64,000 bases of DNA from assembly GCA_041476105.1 (NCBI GenBank), contig JBGOSS010000009.1, positions 2,798 through 66,797 of the forward strand, written 5' to 3'. The notes beneath the pieces were generated by a model, which made no database searches, was not told where the DNA came from, and saw nothing but the letters and a program-made list of their open reading frames with translations. Source of the DNA: Gemmatimonadota bacterium. GTDB lineage: Bacteria; Gemmatimonadota; Gemmatimonadetes; Gemmatimonadales; JACORV01. A program made the position numbers and the translations under genes. The stretch's first letter is position 1. Every line of letters begins with the position of its first letter. This document shows, piece after piece, positions 31,031 through 40,704 of this stretch.

Positions 31031-32391
31031 TGGCGGCCATGGCCCAGCCGCTCCGCTCGCACGCCCCCGAGCCCACCTACGCCGAGGTCAACCGGGACAT
31101 TATCCGCACGCTCGATCCGCCCGGCGCGGGCTGGCTGGCGGGGATGGCGGTCATCCTCCTTGGCTTGTCGATCGGCGGCTACAGCTTCGCCAAGCAGCTG
31201 AAGTACGGCCTCGGTGTGACCGGCTATACGCCGCCGGTTTTCTGGGGCACCTACATCACCACCTTCGTCTTCTGGGTCGGCATCGCCCACTCGGGGACGC
31301 TCATCAGCGCGATCCTCTTCCTGTTCCGGTCGGGGTGGCGCGCCGCCGTCTACCGGGCGGCGGAGGCGATGACGGTCTTCGCCGTGATGACGGCCGGGCT
31401 CTTCCCGGTGCTCCACCTGGGCCGCGCCTGGTTCGCCTACTGGGTCGCGCCGTACCCGAACATCCGGGGCCTCTGGTCGAACTTCAAATCGCCCCTGGTG
31501 TGGGACATCTTCGCGATCTCGACCTACCTGACGGTCTCCGCGACGTTCCTGATCATGGGGCTGATCCCCGACGTCGCGGCGATCCGCGACCAGGCGGTCG
31601 GCTGGCGGCGCCGGGTCTACAGCGTCATCGCCCTGGGCTGGCGCAACTCGAACAACGAGTGGCGTCACTTCATGCGGATGTACCTCTTCCTGGCGGGGCT
31701 CTCGACGCCGCTGGTGCTCTCGGTCCACTCGGTCGTGTCGTGGGATTTCGCGATGGCCATCGTGCCGGGGTGGCACGCGACCATCTTCGCGCCGTACTTC
31801 GTGGCCGGCGCGATCTTCTCGGGCTGCGGCATGGTGATCACCATCCTGGTGCCGCTGCGCCGGGGCTTCCACCTCGAGCGCTACCTCGAGATCCGCCACT
31901 TCGAGAACCTGGCCAAGCTCTGCCTGCTGACCTCGACCATCGTCGGCTACTCCTACTTCACCGAGTACTTCATCGCCTGGTACAGCGGCAACCCGATCGA
32001 GCGCGAGAGCTTCTACTACCGCGCCTTCGGGCAGTACTGGTGGGCCACCTGGACGATGATCACCTGCAACGTGTTCATCCCGCTGCTGCTGTGGAACAAG
32101 CAGGTGCGGACCAACCTCACCTGGCTCTTCGTCATCTCGATCTTCATCAACATCGGGATGTGGTTCGAGCGGTTCGTCATCATCTCGACCAGCCTGTCGC
32201 ACGAGTTCGAGCCGTGGCAGTGGGCCTACTACCTGCCCAACCACATCGAGGTCGGCATCATCATCGGCAGCTTCAGCTGGTTCAGCATGTGGTTCATGCT
32301 GTTCATCAAGTTCTTCCCCGCGCTCGCCATCTCCGAGGTGAAGGAGGCGCTGCCGCCGCCCCAGCGCGCGCCGGCGGGAGGGGGGCACTGA
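31027..32391 (+). CDS. actC: ACIII ActC (NrfD family quinol-binding subunit)
   Basis: FVFWVGIAHSGTLISAIL, RAAEAMT, HLGR.W, NFKSPLVWD, SVHSVVSWDFA, GMWFERF. Confidence 0.93.
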
Positions 32392-32915
32392 TGGCCACGC
32401 CCCCCGTGATGGATCCGCGCACCGGCGTGGTCGGGGTCTTCGGCGATCTCGACGGCACGGTGCTCGCGCTGCGCGAGCTGAAGGCCAAGGGCTACGACAG
32501 CATCACCGTCTATTCCCCGGTGCCGCGCCACGAAATCGACGAGGTGCTGGACCAGCCGGTGAGCCCGGTCCGGCTGTTCACGCTGATCGGCGGGCTCACC
32601 GGCTGCGCTTTGGGCTTCGCCTACGCCATCTCGACCTCGCTCGACTGGGAGCTGATCACCGGCGGCAAGCCGATCGTGTCGCTGCCCCCGTTCATCATCA
32701 TCGGCTTCGAGTGCACCATCCTGATCGGCGCCCTGTCGACGGTCGCGGGGATGTTCCTGAACGCGCGGCTGCCGAAGTTCCGCAAGGCCGCGGGCTACGA
32801 TCCCCGCTTCAGCGCCGACAAGTTCGGCGTGCTGGTCTTCGGCGGGCCGGCCCAGGTGTCCGCCGCCGAGCAGATCCTGCGGGCCGCCGGCGCCGAAGAG
32901 GTCAACAATGTCTGA
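32391..32915 (+). CDS. actD: ACIII ActD (DUF3341)
   Basis: YSPVP.H, GGKP, FECTIL, DPRFSADKF; two TMs. Confidence 0.88.
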   Translation: MATPPVMDPRTGVVGVFGDLDGTVLALRELKAKGYDSITVYSPVPRHEIDEVLDQPVSPVRLFTLIGGLTGCALGFAYAISTSLDWELITGGKPIVSLPPFIIIGFECTILIGALSTVAGMFLNARLPKFRKAAGYDPRFSADKFGVLVFGGPAQVSAAEQILRAAGAEEVNNV

Positions 32916-33489
32916 CCTCCGCACCGCGAGCCGCGCACCACGCGCCGTGTGGCTCGTGGCGCTCGCGCTGGGCTCGACGTCCTGCACCACTCTCGACCGG
33001 GCGGTCGGCGCCGTGCCGTGGTTCACCACCATGCGCGATCAGCCGGCGGTGCGCCCCTTCGAGGGGCCGGCGGACTCCACGGGGCGCGCGCCGCGCTTCC
33101 TGCCGCCGGAGGGCAGTGTGCCGGTCACCGGCCGCGAGGATTCGCTGAGCATCTACGAGCCGGCGGGGCTGCGGATCACCGACGCGCTCCACAACCCGGT
33201 ACGCCCGACCGAGGCGTCGCTGGCGCGGGGCGGGAAGATTTTCGGCACCTACTGCGGTGTCTGCCACGGCCCGCAGGGCCGGGGCGACGGCCCGGTGGCC
33301 GGACGACTCGGGTACGTGCCCGACCTCACCCTGGACGTCACCCGGCAGCGCAGCGACGGCTACATCTACGCCGTGCTCCGCCACGGCCGCGGGGTCATGC
33401 CGCGCTACGGCGACAAGATCCGTGACGCCTCCGACCGGTGGAACGTGGTGAACTACCTGCGCAGCCTCCAGGGAGCGCCGGCGCGATGA
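32908..33489 (+). CDS. actE: ACIII ActE monoheme cytochrome c lipoprotein
   Basis: Lipobox-like STSC, M.DQP, CGVCH, MP.Y, RW.VV.YLR.LQ. Confidence 0.88.
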   Translation: MSDLRTASRAPRAVWLVALALGSTSCTTLDRAVGAVPWFTTMRDQPAVRPFEGPADSTGRAPRFLPPEGSVPVTGREDSLSIYEPAGLRITDALHNPVRPTEASLARGGKIFGTYCGVCHGPQGRGDGPVAGRLGYVPDLTLDVTRQRSDGYIYAVLRHGRGVMPRYGDKIRDASDRWNVVNYLRSLQGAPAR

Positions 33490-34793
33490 GCCACGACCAG
33501 GCGATCGACCGCGTCGCGCTGAGCGAAAGCGTCCGCACCCGCCTCCAGCGGCCGCTGCCGGCCTGGATGCGCCCGCTCTTCCTGGCCTGCGCCGGGGCAG
33601 GGTGGCTGACCTTCCTGGTCCTCGCGTTTGGCGTGGATCCCGACCGGGCGTGGCGCATCTACCACGTCAACTGGCTGTTCTGGACCGGCGTCGCGCAGGC
33701 CGGCGTACTCTTCGCCGCGGTGGTCACGGTCGCCAAGGGCCGCTGGGCGACGCCGCTGCGCCGGATGAGCGAGGCGTCGGCGCCCTTTCTCCCGGTCGCG
33801 TTCGTGCTGTTCCTGCTGTCGTGGTTCGGGCGCGCGCATATCTACCCCTGGATCGCACACCCGATCACCGACGTGCCGGTCAAGCAGTTCTGGCTCCGGG
33901 ACTGGTTCCTTTACGCGCGCGTCTCGTTCGCCATGCTGCTGCTGTTCGGCATGAGCGTGTACTTCGTCTACCACGGCGTGCGCCAGGACGTGGCCGACGG
34001 CAAGGACAAGCTGCCGGCCCGCTTCCGGCCCCTCTACGACCGGATCACCGCGGGCTGGCATCCCGAGCAGGGCTTCGCGCTCTCGGGCGAGACCCGCGCG
34101 ACCTCGGCGCCGGTCCTCATCATCCTGTACGCCGTCGTGATGTCGCTGATCGCGTTCGACTGCATCATGTCGCTCGCGCCCTACTGGGTGTCGAACCTCC
34201 TGGGCGGGTTCTTCTTCATGGGCGCGTGGCTCAGCGGGCTGATGGCGCTCGCGCTGCTCGCGATCCTGTGGCGGAAGCACTACGGGCTGGAAGACGTGAT
34301 CACCCCCAGGCACCTGCACGACCTCGGCAAGATGTGCTTCGGCTTCACCGTGTTCTGGGCCTACACCTTCTTCTCCCAGTTCATCGTCATCTGGTACGGC
34401 AACATGCCGGAAGAGACGCACTTCCTCTTCCTGCGCATGACGCGGCCGGAGTGGCGCGGGATCTCGATCGCCATGGTGGTGCTCTGTTTCCTGGTGCCCT
34501 TCTGGGGGCTCATCGGGATCAAACCCAAGAAGACGCCGGCCCTGCTCGGGACCTTCGCGGTCGTCTCCCTCACCGGCCTGTGGGTGGACCGCTTCGTGCT
34601 GACGGTTCCCTCGATCGTGCAGGCGCCGGGACGGCTGCCCCTGGGCTGGCAGGAGATCCTCATCACCGCCGGCTTCTTCGGGCTGTGGGGGCTGTGCTAT
34701 CTCTGGTTCGCCGACCGGTTCCCGCTGGTGAGCCCGGTGCTGATCCGGCATCATGGGGAGCGGCGGGCGCACGCGCATCATTCGGACGCCTGA
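33486..34793 (+). CDS. actF: ACIII ActF (NrfD-like)
   Basis: Polytopic; MSLAP.W.S, HDLGK..FGFTVFWAY.FFSQF..IWYGNMPEET. Confidence 0.9.
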   Translation: MSHDQAIDRVALSESVRTRLQRPLPAWMRPLFLACAGAGWLTFLVLAFGVDPDRAWRIYHVNWLFWTGVAQAGVLFAAVVTVAKGRWATPLRRMSEASAPFLPVAFVLFLLSWFGRAHIYPWIAHPITDVPVKQFWLRDWFLYARVSFAMLLLFGMSVYFVYHGVRQDVADGKDKLPARFRPLYDRITAGWHPEQGFALSGETRATSAPVLIILYAVVMSLIAFDCIMSLAPYWVSNLLGGFFFMGAWLSGLMALALLAILWRKHYGLEDVITPRHLHDLGKMCFGFTVFWAYTFFSQFIVIWYGNMPEETHFLFLRMTRPEWRGISIAMVVLCFLVPFWGLIGIKPKKTPALLGTFAVVSLTGLWVDRFVLTVPSIVQAPGRLPLGWQEILITAGFFGLWGLCYLWFADRFPLVSPVLIRHHGERRAHAHHSDA

Positions 34794-34800
34794 GGAACAA

Positions 34801-34821
34801 GCTGAAGGCTGAAGGCTTCAG
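34801..34821. terminator. Short heptamer-based hairpin between convergent actF and RCC1 gene
   Basis: GCTGAAG GCTGAAG GCTTCAG; CTGAAG and CTTCAG are complementary. Confidence 0.4.
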
Positions 34822-34825
34822 TGCG

Positions 34826-37513
34826 TCAGGGCCTTCCCGGCCTCCGGGGCCTGGGTGCGGGCGTGGGCGCCGGCGCGCGTGCCGGTGCCGGCGCGGGCGT
34901 CATCTGCACGTGCACCTGCGCGCTGTCGGAGATGCCGCCGGCGTTCGCATGAATGATGGTCCGCCCGGTCCGGGCGGCGGTGACGTTGCCCAGGGAATCC
35001 ACTCGCGCGACCTCGGGCTCGCTGCTCGACCAGGCGACCCGGGTCCAGGGCAGCTCGACACCGGAGCCGTCCTTCGCCGTGGCGCGCAGGCGCACCGTCG
35101 GTGCCGCCGCGGTAAGCACTACGGAGTCGGGCTTCACGTCGAGCTTGGCGAGCTGCGGGACCGGCAGGTAGAAGTTGTCGAATCGCGCCGCGAAGTCGCC
35201 GCCGATCCCGCCCACCGAGACCTGGAGGATGGTGTCGGCGCGCGGAGCCGCGTCGCGGATCGTGAAACGCTGTTCGCGCAGCCACTGCCCGGTCGGGACA
35301 TCGCCGCGCGCCACGATGATGACGCTTCCCAGCGTGCGGCTCGCGCCTCCCTGGTCACTGAAGGCGTACCAGATCTCGGACTCCGTCAGGTCGCTGTTCT
35401 TGACGCGCAGCCGGACGATCGCCGGCCAGCTCGCGCAGTTGAGCCCGCACCCGGCGCGCGCGCTGTCGGCGAGGACCTGCACGTCGAACTGCACCTGCGT
35501 GGAGCGCGTCACGGGTATCCGCACCGGCAGCGAAAGCCCCGCGCCGAGCACCCCGCCGTGGGAGCCGCGGCGCGCGACCTCCAGCGCGCCCTCGCGCAGC
35601 GCGAGTCGTACGCCGGCGCTGCTGTCGACGCTCCAGGCGGGCAAAGAGGTCCAGTCGCCGTCGTCGAAGCGCTCGCGAACGGCGGCGGTCGGCTGGAGGC
35701 CCGCCGGTACGGCGCGGGGCGCCGGCCGCACCAGAACCGGCAGGGGCGTCGCGCTGCCGCGCCCGCCGAGGCTGCCGACCTGTCCGTTGGCGTTGGAGCC
35801 CCAGCAGCGGGTGATGCCGTCGGCGGCCATCCCGCAGGAGTGCACGGTGCCGAGGCTGAGCGAACGGAACACGTGGCCGCCCACGACCAGGACCGGCCGG
35901 GGGCTGTCGGCTGCCTGGCCGTTGCCGAGCTGGCCCGAGCGCCCCGCTCCCCAGCAGTAGGCGGCGCCATCCGCCGTCAGACCGCAGGTGTGCGCTTCGC
36001 CGGCCTCGAGGGAGTCGAAGACCAGGCCGCCCGGAACGATCTGCGGGCGCGTGCTCTCGGCGGATCCCTGGGCGACGCCGCCGACCTGCCCGCTGCCATT
36101 GGCGCCCCAGCACACCGGCGTGCCGGCCGAGGCGAGGGCGCAGGTGTGCGCGCCGCCGGCCGTGACCGCGCGGAAGGACGTCGCCGCTTGCACGGCCGTG
36201 GGCGCGCTGGCGTCGCTGGTGGTGCCGGTGCCGATCTGGCCGGCGCCATTCGCGCCCCAGCAGTACACCGAGCCGTTGGAGGCGAGGGCGCAGGTATGTG
36301 ACGTCCCGGCGGAGATCGCGGTGAAGCTCACGCCATTCGGGGCGGCGACCGCTGTCGGCACGTTGCTCGACGCGGCGGTGCGGTTGCCGATCTGGCCGCT
36401 CCGGTTCGTCCCCCAGCAGAAGATCGCCGCGGAGCGGGTGAGCCCGCAGGAGTGGGCGCCGCCGGCGGCGATCTGGACGAAGACCTGCCCGCCGGCTACG
36501 GCGACGGGCGCATTGCTCGACGCATTCTGCCCGTGCCCCAGCTCGCCGTTGGTGCCGAGTCCCCAGCAGTACGCCCGGCCCGCGAGGGTCAGCGCACAGG
36601 CGTGCGTGGCGCCGAGGCTGACGGCCCGGAAGGGTTCGGCGCCGGCGGCGATCGTCACGGGGTTGTGCCAGGCCGAATCGGCGAATCCGCCCCCGAGCTC
36701 TCCCGAGGTGTTGTCGCCCCAGCAGGAAATGCTGCCAGTGTCCAGAACGACGCAGGTGTTGAGGCCCGCCGCGTTCAGCGTCCGGCCCCGCACACCGGGC
36801 AGGCTGGTGGCCGGGGGTGGTGCTGCCGGGCGGCCCGGAGCGCTTCCGGGGACGCTGGACACCGCTGCCGCCACTCTTGGCGTCAGGACGGTCGCAAAGC
36901 CGGGCAGCACCTCGCGGGTGACGGTGAGCGCCGCGGCGCCGCTGCCGGTGATGCGGATGCTGTAGACGCCCGCCGCCACCGTGCGTGACTCGCCCGGCAG
37001 CATGGTGCCGAGGCCTTCCACGACGGCGAGGGCCGACGCCGGTGAGCGCGCGAGGCGGAGCTGGCCGCGCTCGGTCGCGGTCTCGCCGGCCGGCTCGAGC
37101 GTCGTCGCCACCATGCTGTCGGACCCCGGGGCGGACCCGATCGCCGCGCGAGCGGCCATCAGGGTCCGCGCGACGCGCGGCGGGAAGGCGTTGGAGTCGA
37201 TCAGGAACCCGGGCACCGTGCGCGAGGCCCAGCGGGCCCAGAGCATGGCGAGGGAGTCCTTCCCTTGGTCGAGGAGCGCGTCGGCGAGCATGTGGAGGCC
37301 ACTGGTCCATACCGAGTCGCGGGGAACGGCCGCCGAGCTGAGCCCGAAGGCCAGGAGACGAGCCGCGCTGCCATAGTCGACCTGTTCGTAGGCGCGGCGT
37401 CCGGCCGCAAGCGAATCGCGGGGAGACTGCGCGCCGAGGCTGCTGAGCCGGGAGAACAGGAGAACGAGAAGCCAAAACGCCGTCAGAGCCAGGCTGCGGG
37501 GCCGCAGCGTCAC
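34826..37513 (-). CDS. Exported RCC1-repeat protein with C-terminal Ig-like (Big_2) domain
   Basis: GTG start overlaps the kinase stop; signal peptide; ~7 repeats of AG..HTC.L...G..YCWG.N..GQ.G; C-terminal VAWSSSEPEVARVDSLGNVTA. Confidence 0.85.
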   Translation of the reverse strand: MTLRPRSLALTAFWLLVLLFSRLSSLGAQSPRDSLAAGRRAYEQVDYGSAARLLAFGLSSAAVPRDSVWTSGLHMLADALLDQGKDSLAMLWARWASRTVPGFLIDSNAFPPRVARTLMAARAAIGSAPGSDSMVATTLEPAGETATERGQLRLARSPASALAVVEGLGTMLPGESRTVAAGVYSIRITGSGAAALTVTREVLPGFATVLTPRVAAAVSSVPGSAPGRPAAPPPATSLPGVRGRTLNAAGLNTCVVLDTGSISCWGDNTSGELGGGFADSAWHNPVTIAAGAEPFRAVSLGATHACALTLAGRAYCWGLGTNGELGHGQNASSNAPVAVAGGQVFVQIAAGGAHSCGLTRSAAIFCWGTNRSGQIGNRTAASSNVPTAVAAPNGVSFTAISAGTSHTCALASNGSVYCWGANGAGQIGTGTTSDASAPTAVQAATSFRAVTAGGAHTCALASAGTPVCWGANGSGQVGGVAQGSAESTRPQIVPGGLVFDSLEAGEAHTCGLTADGAAYCWGAGRSGQLGNGQAADSPRPVLVVGGHVFRSLSLGTVHSCGMAADGITRCWGSNANGQVGSLGGRGSATPLPVLVRPAPRAVPAGLQPTAAVRERFDDGDWTSLPAWSVDSSAGVRLALREGALEVARRGSHGGVLGAGLSLPVRIPVTRSTQVQFDVQVLADSARAGCGLNCASWPAIVRLRVKNSDLTESEIWYAFSDQGGASRTLGSVIIVARGDVPTGQWLREQRFTIRDAAPRADTILQVSVGGIGGDFAARFDNFYLPVPQLAKLDVKPDSVVLTAAAPTVRLRATAKDGSGVELPWTRVAWSSSEPEVARVDSLGNVTAARTGRTIIHANAGGISDSAQVHVQMTPAPAPARAPAPTPAPRPRRPGRP

Positions 37514-39363
37514 GGCTGGCTCCGCGGACGGATCGTTACCGTAACCGAAGTGGTGTCCTGGCCCGCCTTGACCACGACCGGTTTCGTCACGGTTTCGTAG
37601 CCATCCCGCGTCACGGTGATCAGGTGCGGGCCCGACGAGATCGGTCCGACCCAGCCGCGGCGCTCGGTAATAAGGGGGCGTCCGGGAATGCTGATGTTCG
37701 CGTACGTCGGCGCGATGCTGATCTTGAGAACTCCCATGCGCGCAGCGGGAGCGGCAGCCGGCGTCTCCGGCGCGGCGGCCGGTGCCGACGCCGTGCCTGT
37801 CGCCTGAGTGCTCACCGGTGCGGCGCCCGTCGTAGGTGTGCGTGCCGGCGCGCTGGGCGCGGGCGCCTTGGCGGTCCCGCGGGAGGTATCGCGAGGCGGC
37901 GGCGACTCGCGCTTCGACTCCTGACGCGGAGGCGTGGCCGCCTGGGTGCGTGATGTCGCGGGAGCGGGCGCCACGGCCCGCGGCGGGGGCGCCTTCGTCG
38001 TGCCGGCCGGTCCAGGCGAGGGCTGAGCGGTGCCGGTTGGTCCGGGCGACGGCTGCGCGCCGCCGGGCGCGCCGAGGGTCGGCTGCGCCGCATGGCCCGA
38101 GTCCTCCGAAGGCTGCGCGGCGTGGCCCGTGTCGGCTGGCGGCTGAGATTGCGTGGCGGGGGCCGGGGCCGGGTTGGTGGCCGGGGCGAACGCGACCGAT
38201 CCGGTCGGCGCCTCGCCCCGCGTCCGGTTGTTCAGGTACAGCACGCCGGCGACCAGGCCGCCGATCAGGACCATGCCGCCGACGACGCGCAGCGCGGACG
38301 CCTTGATGGCGGGCGCCTTGTCGAAGGCTGAGGGCCGTCGCGACGCCCGCGGCGCCTGGCGCTTTTCCATCTGGAGCGTCGCATCGGCGGGGACGTTCTT
38401 CATCGCGTTGACGAGCGCCTGGACCGTGGGGAAGCGGTCGGTCGCCTTCTTCGACATGGCGCGCATGATCGCGTTGATCACGTGCTTGGGCAGCCCCGGC
38501 AAGACCTGGTCGAGCGGCGGCGGCGCCTCGGCCACATGCTTGTGAATCACGTCGATCGCGCTGTCGGCCTCGAAGGGCAGTTGCCCGCACACCATCTGGT
38601 ACGCCATCACGCCCAGCGAGTACTGGTCGGCCGCGCCGGTGATGCTCGAGCCGCCGCGGCACTGCTCGGGACTCATGTAGTAGGGCGTGCCCAGGATGGC
38701 GCCCGAGCCGGTGAGCGCCCCCGCCGTCAGCTCCTTGGCGATCCCAAAGTCGGTCACGGTGACGCGTCCATTGACGTCGAGCATCACGTTGCCCGGCTTG
38801 ATGTCCCGGTGCACGACGCTGCGCTGGTGCGCGTAGTCGAGGGCGCTGCCCACCTGCTCGAGGATCGCGATCGTCTCGCTGACGGTGAGCAGGCCCTTCT
38901 CCTGGAGGATCTCGGCCAGCGAGCGGCCCTCGAGGTACTTCATCGCGTACCAGAAAAGTCGGCCGCCGGACGAGATGCGGTGGATCGGGATGATGTTGGG
39001 GTGATCGAGCGCCGCCGCCGTCTTCGCCTCGCGCTGGAAGCGCTCGGAGGCGCCCTTGGTGAACGTCAGCTCGGGGGGCAGAACCTTGATGGCGACCGGA
39101 CGGGAGAGGTGCACTTCGGTCGCGCGGTAGACGACGGCCATGCCCCCGCGCCCCAGCTCGGCGTCGATGACGTATTCGCCCTGCGTCTCGGTCACCAGGA
39201 GCTGCCGCAACTGCATCGCTCCGGAGTCGCTGAGCCGGTCGTGTCGCGCGACCGCCGATGCCACCGTGGGGTTGAGCAGCTCCTGCGACACCGACGCCCC
39301 GCAGCGGCCGCAGTAACGGCTCGAATCGGGGACCGTCTCCCCGCATCGGGGGCAGGAGGTCAT
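37510..39363 (-). CDS. Membrane Ser/Thr protein kinase with N-terminal zinc ribbon and C-terminal PEGA-like domain
   Basis: CPRC...CGRC; GRGGMAVVY, VAIK, HRDIKPGN, DFG, GTPYYMSPE; one TM; Pro/Ala/Thr linker; H.ITVTRDGYE. Confidence 0.93.
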   Translation of the reverse strand: MTSCPRCGETVPDSSRYCGRCGASVSQELLNPTVASAVARHDRLSDSGAMQLRQLLVTETQGEYVIDAELGRGGMAVVYRATEVHLSRPVAIKVLPPELTFTKGASERFQREAKTAAALDHPNIIPIHRISSGGRLFWYAMKYLEGRSLAEILQEKGLLTVSETIAILEQVGSALDYAHQRSVVHRDIKPGNVMLDVNGRVTVTDFGIAKELTAGALTGSGAILGTPYYMSPEQCRGGSSITGAADQYSLGVMAYQMVCGQLPFEADSAIDVIHKHVAEAPPPLDQVLPGLPKHVINAIMRAMSKKATDRFPTVQALVNAMKNVPADATLQMEKRQAPRASRRPSAFDKAPAIKASALRVVGGMVLIGGLVAGVLYLNNRTRGEAPTGSVAFAPATNPAPAPATQSQPPADTGHAAQPSEDSGHAAQPTLGAPGGAQPSPGPTGTAQPSPGPAGTTKAPPPRAVAPAPATSRTQAATPPRQESKRESPPPRDTSRGTAKAPAPSAPARTPTTGAAPVSTQATGTASAPAAAPETPAAAPAARMGVLKISIAPTYANISIPGRPLITERRGWVGPISSGPHLITVTRDGYETVTKPVVVKAGQDTTSVTVTIRPRSQP

Positions 39364-39490
39364 CGCGGCTTCGTTTGGCATGGACCTGAAGGCGTTGATA
39401 CTAGCGAGTTTCCGCCACTCGTGGAAGAGCAAAGGGGGGAAAACCCCTGCATCTTGGCTATCTGCCTCCCCTGCCATAGCTTGGAGCCCC

Positions 39491-40693
39491 ATGGCGGACC
39501 TCCATTACGTGATCGTCGGCGGCGGCCTCGCCGCGGCCAGTGCCGTCGAGGGAATCCGGGAGCTGGATCCCAAAGGGCCCATCACCTTGCTCGGGCTGGA
39601 ACGCGAGCTTCCCTACCACCGACCCCCCTTGTCCAAGACTTTCCTGGCCGGCAAGGACAGCGTCGAGTCCGTGCGGGTGCACGACGCGTCCTGGTACCGC
39701 GGCCTGAAGGTGCGGGTCCGGCTGGGGCAGCAGGCGAAGTCCATCCATATCGGCAAGCAGAGCGTGGCGCTGGAGAATGGTGAGCGGGTCAACTACGACC
39801 GTCTGCTGGTCGCGAGCGGGAGTGCGGCGCGCCGGCTCCAGGTACCGGGCGCCGAGAGCCCGGGCATCCTCTATCTGCGCACGCTGGCCGACTGCTACAC
39901 GCTGCGCAGCACGCTCAAGCCCGGCACCAGGCTCGTGGTGGTGGGCGGCGGGTTCGTCGGCATGGAGGTGGCCGCCACGGCGCGGCACCTGGGCGCGAGC
40001 GTCACCGTGCTGGAGCAGGGGCCGGTGGTCTATCGCGGCTTCGCGAGCCCGGAGATTTCGGCGTTCTTCCAGGGCGTGCTCCAGAGCCAGGGCGTGGAAG
40101 TGAAGACCAACACCCGCGTGGCGCGTTTCGTCGCGGCCGGCGGCCGCCTCTCGGCGGTGCAGACCGAGGACGGCGAGCAGATCCCGGCCGAAGTCGCCCT
40201 CGTCGGTGTGGGCTCCGAGCCCAACACCGAGTGGCTCGCCACCAGCGGCTTCTCGATCGACCGGGGGGCGCTGATCGTGAACGTGCGGCTCGAGACACCG
40301 GGCAAGAACGTCTGGGCGGCAGGCGACGTGACCCGCTTTCCGGATCCGGTGTCGAAGCAGCCGCGCCGGCTCGAGCACTGGGACAATGCGCAGGCGCAGG
40401 GCAAGCAGGCCGGCCGCAACATGGCGGGCGCGAACGAGCCGTTCAGCCACCAGGCAGCCTACTTCTCGGACCTGTTCGACATCACCGTCAACATCCTGGG
40501 CGACACCGACGCTCCCACCACGGTGGAGATCCGGGGCTCGACCGACGCGGCGATGCCGAATTTCACGGGGCTCTACCTGCGCGGATCCAAGCTCACGGGC
40601 GCGGTGATGGTGAATCTGAGTGCTGAGGATCGTGCGGCCGAGTTCGGGAAGCTCCAGCAGGCGATCGCGGCGGGCAAGACGCCTGACGACTGA
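39491..40693 (+). CDS. FAD-dependent NAD(P)H oxidoreductase (ferredoxin reductase/AIF-like)
   Basis: IVGGGLAA, PYHRPPLSK, VVGGGFVGME, AAGDV, RLEHW. Confidence 0.88.
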   Translation: MADLHYVIVGGGLAAASAVEGIRELDPKGPITLLGLERELPYHRPPLSKTFLAGKDSVESVRVHDASWYRGLKVRVRLGQQAKSIHIGKQSVALENGERVNYDRLLVASGSAARRLQVPGAESPGILYLRTLADCYTLRSTLKPGTRLVVVGGGFVGMEVAATARHLGASVTVLEQGPVVYRGFASPEISAFFQGVLQSQGVEVKTNTRVARFVAAGGRLSAVQTEDGEQIPAEVALVGVGSEPNTEWLATSGFSIDRGALIVNVRLETPGKNVWAAGDVTRFPDPVSKQPRRLEHWDNAQAQGKQAGRNMAGANEPFSHQAAYFSDLFDITVNILGDTDAPTTVEIRGSTDAAMPNFTGLYLRGSKLTGAVMVNLSAEDRAAEFGKLQQAIAAGKTPDD

Positions 40694-40704
40694 TCAGCAG
40701 GCGT

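Noticed and set aside
34826..39346. 1506-aa ORF suggesting a giant protein
   Set aside because: The first ~610 aa are an off-frame overlap of the kinase gene; the real gene starts at GTG 37513 with a signal peptide.
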